Source of the DNA: a candidate division Kazan bacterium GW2011_GWA1_50_15
GTDB taxonomy: Bacteria; Patescibacteriota; Kazan-3B-28
NCBI GenBank assembly: GCA_001029795.1
Contig: CP011216.1
Span: 211,398-275,397 of the forward strand
Direction of reading: 5' to 3'
DNA length: 64,000 bases
Position 1 is the stretch's first letter. Each line of letters starts with the position of its first letter. The notes beneath the pieces are model-generated. The model saw nothing but the letters and a program-made list of their open reading frames with translations. It was not told where the DNA came from and did not search any database. Shown piece by piece: positions 1 to 13,193 of the stretch. A program made the position numbers and the translations under genes.

Positions 1-1
1 G

Positions 2-2188
2 AAGAAGGACTTTAAGACAGCATTCGTTAAAGGACTGACCGGACTGGCTTCCGAGGTGGTACGAGGGGCTTTGAGCGGCCAGCCACCGGTGCCGGCCGTG
101 CCGGGCAAAGTGGAATTGCCTCCCGGGGTGGATGAGGTCTTAAAGCGGATAGAAGAAAAAAGCAACAAGCTTGGCTTTCAGGTGCGGATCCGGATAGTGG
201 CGCTGGATCAGACCGCCGCCGCCGCCCGTCAGAAGCTGGACTTGGTGGTGGGCTCGTTTAAACAATTCAACACCACTAATCTAAATGGATTCGCCGCGGT
301 GCCAGTGGCGGCACCGGCGGAAGTTATTTTGCGCGACTACGAACATCGGGGGTTTGGCGGTAAGGGCGCCATCTTAAATGTGGCCGAATTGGCCAGCATT
401 TATCATCTGCCGAGTAAGACCGTGACCACCCCGCACATTGTTTGGGCGGGCTCCAAAAAAGGGGAACCGCCAGCCAACTTGCCGTTGGCTGATGAGATAC
501 CGTCTGAAGAGCTGACGAATTTAGGGATCACGGATTTCCGCGGCAGTACAGAAAAATTCGGCATTAAAATTAAAGACCGCCGCAGGCATGTCTATATCAT
601 CGGGAAAAGCGGTGTAGGCAAATCGACACTCTTAGAAAATATGACGCTGGACGACATTCGCGAACGCCGCGGCGTGGGCGTGGTGGATCCGCACGGCGAG
701 TATGTCGACTATGTTTTGGAACGCATCCCATCATATCGGATGAACGATGTTATCGTATTTGACCCGGGCGACCGCAGTTTCCCGATCGGATTTAATGTGT
801 TAGAGGTGGATACGCCAGACCAGAAAGTGGTCACGGCCTCCGGGGTTGTGGGCGTATTTAAAAAGATATTCGGTGAGTCGTGGGGGCCGCGGCTGGAGTA
901 TTGGCTCTCTTCGGCCATCCTGGCGCTGTTGGACTATCCGGACGCGACTTTGATGATGGTGCCGCGGTTGTTTACCGACGATACTTTTCGGGCCGGAGTG
1001 ATCGATGCGGTCAAGGATCCGGTCATTAAACAACGGTGGCTGAACGAGTATGACCGGCTTGACCAGCGCCAGCGCAACGAGACCATTTCGCCAATTTTGA
1101 ATAAAGTAGGACAGTTCCTGTCCAGTTCCGTTATCCGCAACATCGTCGGTCAGCCCAAGAGCTCTATTGATATGCGGGAGGTGATGGACGAGGGTAAGAT
1201 CGTGCTGATCAAACTGGCCAAAGGATTGATCGGGGAGGACAACGCGGCGCTTTTAGGGGCGCTGATGATTACCAAGCTGCAGTTGGCGGCGCTGTCGCGG
1301 GCGGATGTGGAGGAAGCCAAGCGGCCGGACTTTTTCTTGTATGTTGATGAGTTCCAAAACTTTGCTACCGATTCATTCGCCACGATTTTGTCGGAGGCAC
1401 GCAAATACCATTTGAGTTTGACGCTGGCCAACCAATATATGAGCCAGCTGTCGGATACGGTCAAGAACGCTATCTTTGGCAATGTGGGGACGCTGGTATC
1501 GTTCCGAGTGGGCGGTGATGATGCCGGATTTTTGACCAAAGAGTTCGCGCCAGTGTTTGACGAACAGGATTTGGTGAATTTGGATATCTTTAAAGTTTAT
1601 TTGAAGCTATCGATCGACGGGTTAACGGCGAATGCGTTCTCGGCCGTGACCCTGCCGCCTTCCACTGACCAGAACCAGAATAGTGAGAAGATCATCAAAT
1701 TGTCGCGCGAACGCTACGCCAAGGATGTGAAGTTCGTGGAGGGTAAGGTACTGTCTAGCGCTGATGTCAGCGCCGCACTGGCCTCTGCCCCCAAGACTGC
1801 GCCGTGGGCTGGTCAGAAACCGTCTCAGTACGGCCAGCGGCCCCCGCAAGGGCAAGGGACGAGCCGTCCGCCGATGAGTAGTGGTTCTCGGCCGCCGCTG
1901 AGGCCCAGTGCGCCCGTCCAGCGGACCGGGCCCAAGATCGACCTATTGAAAAATCTCATCTCCAAAGTTGAGCGTCAGAAACAAGCGCCATTGAGTGAGG
2001 GTGAGAAAGAGGATGTGGCCAAGACCTTAATGAACGATCTCAAAGATGCGACTGGTTCGATGAAGGATGCATTGGACCGGGCCCGGCAGCAGCGCGAGGA
2101 AGAACAGAAACAATCAAGTGAGTTAAAGCCCAACGAGCCGATCAAGTTGGATGAGGACGATTACGATCCACATAACGAACGTCGGTAA
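2..2188 (+). CDS. TraD/TrwB/VirD4-like type IV coupling protein-like ATPase, 5' truncated by the window edge; Pro/Gln/Gly-rich acidic C-terminal tail
   Basis: The frame is open back to position 2 and the listed start at 56 is GTG. Walker A (GKSGVGKST), a VDPHGE box, Walker B-like FLYVDEFQN, and ARKY...QYMSQL arginine-finger region as in TrwB/TraD. It aligns to the paralog at 10684..13092 from that protein's residue ~230. Confidence 0.7.
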   Translation, partial: KKDFKTAFVKGLTGLASEVVRGALSGQPPVPAVPGKVELPPGVDEVLKRIEEKSNKLGFQVRIRIVALDQTAAAARQKLDLVVGSFKQFNTTNLNGFAAVPVAAPAEVILRDYEHRGFGGKGAILNVAELASIYHLPSKTVTTPHIVWAGSKKGEPPANLPLADEIPSEELTNLGITDFRGSTEKFGIKIKDRRRHVYIIGKSGVGKSTLLENMTLDDIRERRGVGVVDPHGEYVDYVLERIPSYRMNDVIVFDPGDRSFPIGFNVLEVDTPDQKVVTASGVVGVFKKIFGESWGPRLEYWLSSAILALLDYPDATLMMVPRLFTDDTFRAGVIDAVKDPVIKQRWLNEYDRLDQRQRNETISPILNKVGQFLSSSVIRNIVGQPKSSIDMREVMDEGKIVLIKLAKGLIGEDNAALLGALMITKLQLAALSRADVEEAKRPDFFLYVDEFQNFATDSFATILSEARKYHLSLTLANQYMSQLSDTVKNAIFGNVGTLVSFRVGGDDAGFLTKEFAPVFDEQDLVNLDIFKVYLKLSIDGLTANAFSAVTLPPSTDQNQNSEKIIKLSRERYAKDVKFVEGKVLSSADVSAALASAPKTAPWAGQKPSQYGQRPPQGQGTSRPPMSSGSRPPLRPSAPVQRTGPKIDLLKNLISKVERQKQAPLSEGEKEDVAKTLMNDLKDATGSMKDALDRARQQREEEQKQSSELKPNEPIKLDEDDYDPHNERR

Positions 2189-2193
2189 AAATC

Positions 2194-2222
2194 TTGACCT
2201 AGAGCGCAGGATGGGATAGATT
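2194..2222 (+). promoter_or_regulatory. Candidate sigma70 promoter (TTGACC, 17 nt spacer, TAGATT) upstream of ORF 2256
   Basis: Spacing and hexamers read directly from the sequence. A GGAGGTG RBS precedes the ATG at 2256. Confidence 0.35.
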
Positions 2223-2255
2223 ACACCTATCTTTCTTGTTCTTTGGAGGTGAAAA

Positions 2256-2615
2256 ATGAACGGTGCGATGATGCCTCCTCCGCCAGCATTAGCGGAGGTA
2301 CGCGCAGCATATATCGAGGCGCTCGTGGAAGACGACATTGCTCGTGCTCACCGGCTGGCCGAGAGTGCCAATATCGACGCCAACACAGTGACGCGGTGGA
2401 TATGCGCGGCCATTGGTCTGCTCGTTGATGAGTGGAGGTTCAGACAAGCGCTAACCCTGGCCATTGGTTGTAATCTGCCGATGCATGTAACCCGACACAT
2501 TATCGTAGAGTGGCGCAAAGCCGATGTCGTGCCGGGGACTCGGGATACAGCCATCGTTGACGTGCTCTGCGACCATCCGGCGCTGGCCTATTTATTCCCG
2601 GATGAGGAGGGTTAG
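2256..2615 (+). CDS. Hypothetical protein (119 aa)
   Basis: ORF with a good RBS (GGAGGTGAAAA-ATG). No recognisable motif. Confidence 0.4.
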   Translation: MNGAMMPPPPALAEVRAAYIEALVEDDIARAHRLAESANIDANTVTRWICAAIGLLVDEWRFRQALTLAIGCNLPMHVTRHIIVEWRKADVVPGTRDTAIVDVLCDHPALAYLFPDEEG

Positions 2616-2618
2616 CCG

Positions 2619-2798
2619 ATGCCGTGTTCAGCTTGTGGCGAAAGCGCCGTGAATATGTGTCCCCATTGCGGATGGCCGTTCTGCACCGAGCATATGCAGG
2701 AGCACAACTGCTGGCCGGATGCCGGCCGCCCATTGGTCGCTTTTCCCGATAAGGTCGGGGAGGATGCCGGTGACCGACCGTCTCATCAGAGTCCTTGA
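2619..2798 (+). CDS. Small Cys/His-rich zinc-ribbon-like protein (59 aa, below the ORF-track cutoff)
   Basis: ATG lies 4 nt after the stop of the previous ORF. Translation MPCSACGESAVNMCPHCGWPFCTEHMQEHNCW carries CxxC...CxxC...CxxH...C spacing. Read manually from the DNA. Confidence 0.35.
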   Translation: MPCSACGESAVNMCPHCGWPFCTEHMQEHNCWPDAGRPLVAFPDKVGEDAGDRPSHQSP

Positions 2799-2885
2799 AT
2801 TTTATAAAGCCAACCCTTGCGGTTGGCTTTTTTCTTGCTCTGGGAGCGGGTTAGGAATAGAATTAAAGTGAAGTAGAATACTCTT

Positions 2886-6158
<3,273 letters not shown>

Positions 6159-6159
<1 letters not shown>

Positions 6160-6545
6160 TGGACCTACGGCGATTGAAAAATAGTTTTGTTTACGCCATG
6201 CGCGGAATTGGTGAATTGTTTCGCGGTCAGCAGAACTTTCGCATTGAAGTTATTGGTGCGGTAGTGGTGATAGCTGTCGCTTATGCTCTGCAAGTGCGGA
6301 CGATCGAAAAAGCCATTTTAACTTTGGTTATCTTGTTGGTCTTAGCAGCCGAAGCGACTAACAGTGTGTTGGAACGGGTTTTGGATGGGGTGAACAAGGA
6401 GATTAACCCGCACTTCCGCGCGGCCAAAGATATGATGGCGGGTCTGACCCTGTTGATGGTTATTGGCGCCATCGTGGTCGGATTCATCATTTTTTATCCA
6501 TATCTGAAACCGATACTTTGGTCCCCTAGTCGGTTGGCCGGGTGA
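6159..6545 (+). CDS. dgkA: Diacylglycerol/undecaprenol kinase family membrane protein
   Basis: Three TM helices and the conserved EATNSVLERV...D motif of the DgkA family. 128 aa. Confidence 0.7.
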
Positions 6546-6585
6546 TGTGATGCAGTAAAGCGTTTGATTCCGGGCGGTTTTTTCT

Positions 6586-6927
6586 TTGTCTGAAGCTCTC
6601 TTTTTCAGCTATAATGGCAGTATGCCTCTGCCCAAAGACCAGGTAGAGTGGGTGGCGCGGCTGGCTTACATCGAGCTGACCAAGGCCGAAACATCCAAAT
6701 ATGCCGAAGAACTGTCGGCGGTTTTAGGGTATGTGGATGAGTTGCGGGAAGTAGATACCTCTACGGTTGACGGTAATCCGCCAGCTGGCGGACAAATTAC
6801 GGGTTTGAGCAATGTCTTGGCGGCTGATGCCGTGTCACCATCTGAGATCACTCGGGAGGAGTTTTTGGAGCGGGCGCCGGCATCGGAAAAAGGCTATATC
6901 AAGGTGAAGAGTGTCTTTAAGAAATGA
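6586..6927 (+). CDS. gatC: Asp/Glu-tRNA amidotransferase subunit C; the true start is probably the internal Met near 6622
   Basis: LAYIELTKAE...YVDELREVDT pattern typical of GatC. Immediately upstream of gatA. Confidence 0.8.
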   Translation: MSEALFFSYNGSMPLPKDQVEWVARLAYIELTKAETSKYAEELSAVLGYVDELREVDTSTVDGNPPAGGQITGLSNVLAADAVSPSEITREEFLERAPASEKGYIKVKSVFKK

Positions 6928-6951
6928 CAAATTAAAAATTACAAATAACAA

Positions 6952-8304
6952 ATGGAGATTAGAGAGGCGGAAAAACTGGGGATTGAGAAGGCGACGGAGG
7001 AGTCGTTGAAGATTATTAAATCCAAGAGCGAGCTCAATGCGATTTTGTCTGTCAACGACAAGCCGAAACTGTCCAAAAGCGGAAGTTTGAATGTTCCGTA
7101 TATCTGCAAAGATAATATCGTCACTAAAGAACTGCCGACTACGGCTGCCTCCAAAATCTTGGAGGGATTTGTTTCTCCGTATGAGGCAACCGTGGTGATG
7201 AAACTGCGAGAGGCCGGGGCGGTGATGGTGGGCAAATCCAATTTGGACGAGTTCGCTATGGGTTCCAGCACTGAAAATTCAGCTTTTGGTCCAACTAAGA
7301 ATCCACATGACCCAACTCGGGTGCCGGGCGGCAGTTCCGGTGGCTCAGCTGCGGCCGTAGCGGCCGGTATGGCCTCATTTGCCTTGGGCAGCGATACGGG
7401 TGGCTCCATCCGTCAGCCAGCCAGTTTTTGCGGGGTGGTGGGACTAATGCCAACCTACGGCCGAGTTAGTCGGTATGGGCTAATCGCTATGGCCAGTTCG
7501 CTGGACCGGATCGGTCCGATTACCACCAACGTGAAAGATGCGGCGAGAGTTTTGCGGGTAATCGCTGGACATGACGAACATGATTCCACCACAATGGCTA
7601 TCGAAGTGCCAGATTATGTGGCAGCGCTGGATGGCGACATTAAGGACTTAAAGATAGGTGTCCCTAAGGGATTTTTTGACGAGGGCGTAGACGCGCCAGT
7701 AGCGCAAGCAGTGCAAGCGGCGGTCGATAAATTACGACAGTTAGGAGCGATCGTGAGCGAGATAGAATTGCCACACGCAAAATTTGCTCTTGCGACTTAC
7801 TATATTCTTCAGCCCTCCGAAGTATCGGCTAATTTGGCGCGGTATGACGGCATTCGGTATGGGTTAAGTGCCTCTGATGCTAAAAATTTGTGGGAAGTTT
7901 ACGATAAATCTCGAGCTCAAGGATTTGGGGCGGAGGTGAAACGGCGGATAATGCTTGGGACTTACACGCTCTCGGCAGGTTTCCGCGATGCCTACTACGA
8001 CAAAGCCCAGCGGGTGCGGACACTCATCAAACAGGATTTTGATAAGGCGTTCAAGCAGGTGGATGTTATTATCACGCCGACTACCCCGACGGTGGCGTTC
8101 AAGCTCGGGGAGCGGGCCAAAGATCCGTTGAGTATGTACAAGGCGGACTTGCTGACCACGCCGGCCAGCTTGGCGGGTATTCCAGTTATCTCGGTACCGT
8201 GCGGAGAGGTGGAGGGACTACCGGTGGGATTACAAATTATGGGTCGGCAGTTCGACGAAAAGACCATTTTGCGGGTGGCCTACGCATATGAACAGAAGCA
8301 GTAA
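6952..8304 (+). CDS. gatA: Asp/Glu-tRNA amidotransferase subunit A
   Basis: Amidase signature [14 protein letters not shown] and Ser-cisSer-Lys triad context. 450 aa. Confidence 0.9.
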   Translation: MEIREAEKLGIEKATEESLKIIKSKSELNAILSVNDKPKLSKSGSLNVPYICKDNIVTKELPTTAASKILEGFVSPYEATVVMKLREAGAVMVGKSNLDEFAMGSSTENSAFGPTKNPHDPTRVPGGSSGGSAAAVAAGMASFALGSDTGGSIRQPASFCGVVGLMPTYGRVSRYGLIAMASSLDRIGPITTNVKDAARVLRVIAGHDEHDSTTMAIEVPDYVAALDGDIKDLKIGVPKGFFDEGVDAPVAQAVQAAVDKLRQLGAIVSEIELPHAKFALATYYILQPSEVSANLARYDGIRYGLSASDAKNLWEVYDKSRAQGFGAEVKRRIMLGTYTLSAGFRDAYYDKAQRVRTLIKQDFDKAFKQVDVIITPTTPTVAFKLGERAKDPLSMYKADLLTTPASLAGIPVISVPCGEVEGLPVGLQIMGRQFDEKTILRVAYAYEQKQ

Positions 8305-8325
8305 AAAGTTTACGTCCCTTCTCGC

Positions 8326-8360
8326 CACTATTCATAATTCACTATTCATCATTCATTCTT
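8326..8360. repeat. AT-rich inverted repeat (left arm) built from ATTCAT/CACTATTCAT units, flanking the inserted ORF 8365..8778
   Basis: Left arm cactattcataattcactattcatcattcattc; the right arm at 8780..8812 reads gaatagtgaataatgaatcatgaattagg, an imperfect reverse complement sharing attcactattc. Confidence 0.45.
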
Positions 8361-8364
8361 TCAA

Positions 8365-8778
8365 ATGATTTACGGCTGGATACTATTTATCGTAGTGGTA
8401 CTGGGCGGAGGCATGATGCTTTACGCGATGTCTAAGAAGCGGGCCTTGTCCGATATTGATCGGGACAAGGTGCGTTCCGCTTGGGCCAATATCGAACTTC
8501 TAGTGGAGGGTGATAATGACTCAGAGTGGGTCAAGGCAGTGTTTGAGGCCGATAAACTTTTGGATTTTGCATTGGTCCAGCGCCGAGTGGCGGGCGAAAG
8601 TTTGGGTGAGCGTTTAAAGAATGCTAAACCATTATTTGGCAATATCGATGCGGCTTGGCAGGCGCATAAGGTGCGCAATGAGTTAGCTCACAATATGAAC
8701 GCTCAACTGACGCGTCCACAGATCGAACGGGCGATGGATAATTTTAAGCGGGCGTTGAGGCGGTTGGGAGCGCTGTGA
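8365..8778 (+). CDS. Membrane-anchored small protein with a HEPN-like R-x4-H motif (KVRNELAH), inserted between gatA and gatB
   Basis: N-terminal TM helix (ILFIVVVLGGGMMLYAM) followed by a ~110 aa region containing RNELAH. Flanked by AT-rich inverted repeats. Confidence 0.4.
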   Translation: MIYGWILFIVVVLGGGMMLYAMSKKRALSDIDRDKVRSAWANIELLVEGDNDSEWVKAVFEADKLLDFALVQRRVAGESLGERLKNAKPLFGNIDAAWQAHKVRNELAHNMNAQLTRPQIERAMDNFKRALRRLGAL

Positions 8779-8779
8779 A

Positions 8780-8812
8780 CGAATAGTGAATAATGAATCA
8801 TGAATTAGGAAT
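8780..8812. repeat. AT-rich inverted repeat (right arm) flanking ORF 8365..8778; overlaps the gatB RBS and alternative start
   Basis: See the left arm at 8326..8360. Confidence 0.45.
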
Positions 8813-10220
8813 TATGGAAGAGGCGGACGCAAAATATGAGGCGGTGATCGGGCTGGAGATCCACGTCCAGCTAAGGACTGTGTCCAAGATGTTTTGTCGG
8901 TGCGATAACGATTCTGACAAGGCTCGGCCGAACACTAATGTCTGCCCAGTGTGTATGGGTTATCCGGGGACATTGCCGGTAACGAACGAGCAGGCCATAG
9001 ATTGGGGCATTAAAACCGCGTTGGCGCTGGGTTGCGCGGTGAATCCATTGCAGCGGTTTGATCGCAAGAACTACTTCTACCCGGACCTGCCAAAAGGTTA
9101 TCAGATTTCACAGTTCTTTTATCCGGTAGGCGAAAAGGGCAATGTGGATGTGGACTATTTGGCGTCTGATCGCAAGACCAGAAAGGAGTTTTCGGTCGGG
9201 ATAACACGGCTGCACCTTGAGGAGGATGCTGGCAAACTTATCCATACCCAGGACGGTACGCTAGTGGACTTGAACCGGTGTGGGACACCCCTGATAGAGA
9301 TCGTGACCGAGCCGGATATTAAATCGCCGGAAGAGGCCAAGGCGTTTATGCAAGAGTTGCAAAGGATGGTCAGAAGCCTCGGCGTATCGATGGCTGATAT
9401 GGAAAAAGGACACTTACGGGTGGACGCCAACGTGTCGGTCAGACCGATCGGCCAAGACGTCTTAGGAGCGAAGGTGGAGGTCAAAAACATGAACTCATTT
9501 AAGTTTATGGAAATGGCCTTGAAATTCGAGGTTGAGCGGCAAACGGCGATGCTAGAAAAAGGGGAGGTGATCGAACAAGAGACCCGGGGGTGGGATGAAA
9601 AGACCAATTCAACCGTATCTCAGCGGACTAAGGAAGGTTCGGTTGATTACCGGTATTTCCCCGAGCCGGACCTGCCCCCTATCTATATTGATCAAGATAA
9701 GATAGACGGAACTAAGAATCAATTAGCAGCGTTGCCGGCTGAGTTACGGTCGCGGGGCGAGGCGAGCGGTCTGCCGTATGCGCGGGTGGTCGAGTTGCAG
9801 GACTTGGGTAAAATGTCCGAGTTCGTGCAATTAACAACAGACTATAACGATATTGACCCGGTGCTGTTGGCTAACTGGATCACTAAAGACTTTGCCAGCA
9901 CTAAAGACCTGCGCGAGTTTGTGATAATTGTTAAATTAGAAGGTCTGTCTAACGCAGCGGCGCAAAAACTGTACGCTCTAATGCAGACCAAGAAGCTGCC
10001 GCCGCAGGATCTGGTTGGGCAGATCCAGATGGCGGATAAAGATGAACTAACCGGCCTAGTAAAACAGGTTTTGGCGGAGAACGCCGACGCAGTGGCCAAA
10101 TTTAAAGCAGGCAATACCCAGGTTTTGGCCTATCTAACGGGGCAGGTGATGAAGAAGAGTGGGGGAAGGGCAGAACCCGCTCTGGCACAGCAAATTTTGC
10201 AATCCCTCTTGACAGATTAA
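8793..10220 (+). CDS. gatB: Asp/Glu-tRNA amidotransferase subunit B; the likely true start is the ATG at 8814
   Basis: YEAVIGLEIHVQL...CRCDN...CPVCMGYPGTLP motifs classic for GatB. 475 aa. Confidence 0.9.
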   Translation: MNHELGIMEEADAKYEAVIGLEIHVQLRTVSKMFCRCDNDSDKARPNTNVCPVCMGYPGTLPVTNEQAIDWGIKTALALGCAVNPLQRFDRKNYFYPDLPKGYQISQFFYPVGEKGNVDVDYLASDRKTRKEFSVGITRLHLEEDAGKLIHTQDGTLVDLNRCGTPLIEIVTEPDIKSPEEAKAFMQELQRMVRSLGVSMADMEKGHLRVDANVSVRPIGQDVLGAKVEVKNMNSFKFMEMALKFEVERQTAMLEKGEVIEQETRGWDEKTNSTVSQRTKEGSVDYRYFPEPDLPPIYIDQDKIDGTKNQLAALPAELRSRGEASGLPYARVVELQDLGKMSEFVQLTTDYNDIDPVLLANWITKDFASTKDLREFVIIVKLEGLSNAAAQKLYALMQTKKLPPQDLVGQIQMADKDELTGLVKQVLAENADAVAKFKAGNTQVLAYLTGQVMKKSGGRAEPALAQQILQSLLTD

Positions 10221-10237
10221 AGGAAGTATGGTATAAT
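10209..10237 (+). promoter_or_regulatory. Near-consensus sigma70 promoter (TTGACA, 17 nt spacer, TATAAT with TG extension) overlapping the gatB 3' end
   Basis: TTGACAgattaaaggaagtatggTATAAT read directly. Positioned to drive ORF 10279 and the coupling-protein paralog at 10684. Confidence 0.5.
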
Positions 10238-10278
10238 GGAAGTGAGAGCTAAAAAACTTTTAAATCTGCCTTCTAGGA

Positions 10279-10665
10279 ATGGCAAACTCTAATTCTAACG
10301 GGGGTAGAAAGGTTCGAGAGATGAATACTAAACCTTTTGGGGATGGCGAGCGGATCTTATCCCAAGATTCCGTTCAGCACGAGCTACCAGAAGCGGATCA
10401 GACAGAACTAACCCGTTCGGCCGAACAGCCGATCTTAGACGATGAAGACAATGCGGATGTGGCCGTTCCGTTCGTCGACGCTGATGTTGTTGGTCAAGTT
10501 TACAGCCCGGAGGCGACAGTTAAGGCTATGGCAGCGAGTGCGATAGCTGGTAGCCGAAAGGGCGGCGATAGGGCACACGAACTGATCGAGCGTGTTTTTC
10601 AGAGTGATTTGGCTAGCGATAGCGGTGCGTTGAATCGAGTTGTGCAGGTGTTAAACCAACGTTAA
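10279..10665 (+). CDS. Hypothetical acidic protein (128 aa)
   Basis: ORF only. Acidic N-terminal half with no recognised motif. 18 nt upstream of the coupling-protein-like gene. Confidence 0.35.
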   Translation: MANSNSNGGRKVREMNTKPFGDGERILSQDSVQHELPEADQTELTRSAEQPILDDEDNADVAVPFVDADVVGQVYSPEATVKAMAASAIAGSRKGGDRAHELIERVFQSDLASDSGALNRVVQVLNQR

Positions 10666-10683
10666 CGGATAGGGGAGATACTA

Positions 10684-13092
10684 ATGATCTGGCTGGGGAT
10701 AATAATTTTTATGGTTGTGGCCGCCGTTGGCGGGTTTATTTTTGTGCGAGTCCGCAAACCCGCGGTTAAATCGGATGATGTGCGGACGCGGGTCAACTTG
10801 ATGATCACAGTCCCGCGCGGTAACAAGGAAGAGGCCCAAAAAGAGACTAAAGCGCTGGTCGCCCCAATGGAGGTGATCTTGAACAACCTAACTGGCGTAG
10901 CGGAAGTTATCGGCGAGCGCCACCTAACTTTCGAGATCGCCACGGAAGGGGAACTGATCACATTTTACGTCACCGTGCCGGACAGCCTGGTAGATTTTCT
11001 AGAGAAGCAGATTACTTCGCAGTATCCGGAAGCGGCAGTGGAGCGGGCTCCGTATCCAAACATTTTTCCCAAAGAGGGGAAGGTGGCCGCGGTTCAGCTA
11101 AAGTTACAAAAAGATAGTTGGCTGCCCCTCGTAACATATGAAAAATTGAGTGCTGACGGACTTAACGCGCTGACCAATGCTTTAAGCAAACTGGTAGATA
11201 TGCAGTCTGGCGCCGCTATCCAGATCGCATTCCGGCCAACCACCCGAACCAGCTGGCAGACTAAGGCCCACAGTATCGCTAGAAGCATGCAGCAGGGCAA
11301 GGAGGCGGGGAGCATCGGTCAAGGCGTGGTGAAGGGTCTGGGTGGGCTAGTGACCGGCCCAGAGAGTAAAGATAAGAGCAGCGAGCCGCCTAAGAAACTT
11401 ACTCAACTACAAGAAGAAGTGATCGCTCGAATAGAACAGAAAGCCTCTAAACCAGGGTTTGATGTGGTGGTCCGGTTGATAGCAGCGGCGCCGGACGAAG
11501 CTCAGGCTCGGATGCATCTGCGGTCGCTGTCAGATAGTTTTTTGCAGTTTGGCTCGCCAGAGATGAATCGATTTGTGGTCGCCACGGAGCCGGAGTCGGA
11601 AGTGGTGCGCAACTATGTTTTGCGTCAGTTTGGAGATGTGAAGGGGAGTTTCATTTTGAATGTAGAGGAACTGGCGACCGTGTTCCATATTCCCACAGCT
11701 CAGATCGATACGCCTAACGTGCGATGGCAGAAAGCCAAACGATTGCCGGCGCCGGATAATTTGCCGGTTGATGGGGTGATCTTGGGCAAGAATGTATTCC
11801 GGGGTGTGGACAAAACGGTACGGATAAAAACTGATGACCGGCGCCGGCATGTCTACACCATCGGTAAAACCGGGACAGGGAAGACTACTTGGATGCAGAA
11901 TTTAGCTCTGCAGGATATCGTTAACGGCGAGGGGGTGGCTGTCATTGATCCGCATGGCGATATGATCGAGTGGTTGCTGCAGCGCATCCCCAAAGACAGA
12001 GTGGATGACGTGATCTATTTCTATCCGCCGGACGTGGAGCGGCCATTGGGGCTGAACCTGCTGGAGGCTAAGACCGCTGCGGCCAAAGATATGGTTGTGG
12101 TTGAGATGATAGCGATATTTTATAAACTGTTTGACCCGCAGAGTTCGGGTATTGTTGGTCCGATATTTGAGCACTACATGCGCAATGCCATGTTGCTGCT
12201 GTTGGCTGATCCCGAGGATGGAGCGACTTTGATTGATATCCCGCGAGTGTTCACCGACAAGACTTTCCGGGAGCGTAAACTCCAACACGTCTCTGATCCC
12301 ACTGTGCTGCGATTCTGGAAGGAAGAGTTTGCCCAGGCGGAAAAAAGTAATCAGGTGGGGGAGTTGTTCTCCTACATTGTTTCCAAAGTAGGACGGTTTA
12401 TCAGCAACGAGATGATGCGGAATATTGTGGGCCAGACCAAGAGCGCCTTTGATATCCGTGACATTATGGATAACAAAAAGATCCTGCTGGTTAATTTGGC
12501 CAAAGGTCTGACCGGCGATATCAACAGTAATTTGTTGGGCTTTATCATTGTCTCGAAACTGCAGATGGCAGCGTTGTCTCGAGCGGATGTATCGGAGATG
12601 AACCGACCGGACTTCTACCTCTATATCGACGAGTTCCAAAACGTAACGACGGATTCTATCTCCACGATCTTGTCGGAGGCCAGAAAGTATCGTTTGAATC
12701 TAACGATCGCGCATCAGTTCGTGGCACAGCTGGAAGATAAGATCCGCGACGCGGTTTTGGGTAACGTCGGTTCGATCGTAGCGTTCAGGATCGGCGCACC
12801 GGATACGGATGTGATCGGCAAAGAGTTCGCGCCAGAGGTCAGCGAGAACGATTTGGTGAATATCGAGAGTCGCAATGCGTACGTAAAACTAATGATCGAT
12901 GGCGCGGCCAGCAAACCGTTCACTATGCAGACCTTGCCGCCGATGGGCCAAGATAATCCTAAGATCGGTTCGGCCATCAAGCAATTATCCCGCTTGAAGT
13001 TTGGGAAGGACCGTCGGATGGTAGAGCTGACCGTGGCAGAGCGGATTAAGTATGTGAAAGATATTGACCTGTCTGGGGACTTGCTGAAATAG
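10684..13092 (+). CDS. TraD/TrwB/VirD4-like type IV coupling protein-like ATPase, full length, with an N-terminal TM anchor
   Basis: TM helix at residues 1-22, Walker A GKTGTGKTT, VIDPHGDM (compare TrwB VDPNGD), Walker B LYIDEFQN, and ARKYRLNLTIAHQFVAQL. Paralog of ORF 2..2188. Confidence 0.75.
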   Translation: MIWLGIIIFMVVAAVGGFIFVRVRKPAVKSDDVRTRVNLMITVPRGNKEEAQKETKALVAPMEVILNNLTGVAEVIGERHLTFEIATEGELITFYVTVPDSLVDFLEKQITSQYPEAAVERAPYPNIFPKEGKVAAVQLKLQKDSWLPLVTYEKLSADGLNALTNALSKLVDMQSGAAIQIAFRPTTRTSWQTKAHSIARSMQQGKEAGSIGQGVVKGLGGLVTGPESKDKSSEPPKKLTQLQEEVIARIEQKASKPGFDVVVRLIAAAPDEAQARMHLRSLSDSFLQFGSPEMNRFVVATEPESEVVRNYVLRQFGDVKGSFILNVEELATVFHIPTAQIDTPNVRWQKAKRLPAPDNLPVDGVILGKNVFRGVDKTVRIKTDDRRRHVYTIGKTGTGKTTWMQNLALQDIVNGEGVAVIDPHGDMIEWLLQRIPKDRVDDVIYFYPPDVERPLGLNLLEAKTAAAKDMVVVEMIAIFYKLFDPQSSGIVGPIFEHYMRNAMLLLLADPEDGATLIDIPRVFTDKTFRERKLQHVSDPTVLRFWKEEFAQAEKSNQVGELFSYIVSKVGRFISNEMMRNIVGQTKSAFDIRDIMDNKKILLVNLAKGLTGDINSNLLGFIIVSKLQMAALSRADVSEMNRPDFYLYIDEFQNVTTDSISTILSEARKYRLNLTIAHQFVAQLEDKIRDAVLGNVGSIVAFRIGAPDTDVIGKEFAPEVSENDLVNIESRNAYVKLMIDGAASKPFTMQTLPPMGQDNPKIGSAIKQLSRLKFGKDRRMVELTVAERIKYVKDIDLSGDLLK

Positions 13093-13193
13093 CCCCCAGG
13101 GAGTATACTCGGGCATACAAAACAATTACAAATTAAAAATGACAAATTACAAATAAATCCGAAATACTAAATTAAAAAAAGAGGAGAAATAAA

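Noticed and set aside
709-1855. Minus-strand ORFs of 69-129 aa inside the coupling-protein gene
   Set aside because: They are entirely antisense to a well-supported CDS and have no RBS or motifs. They are typical spurious ORFs of GC-rich antisense frames.
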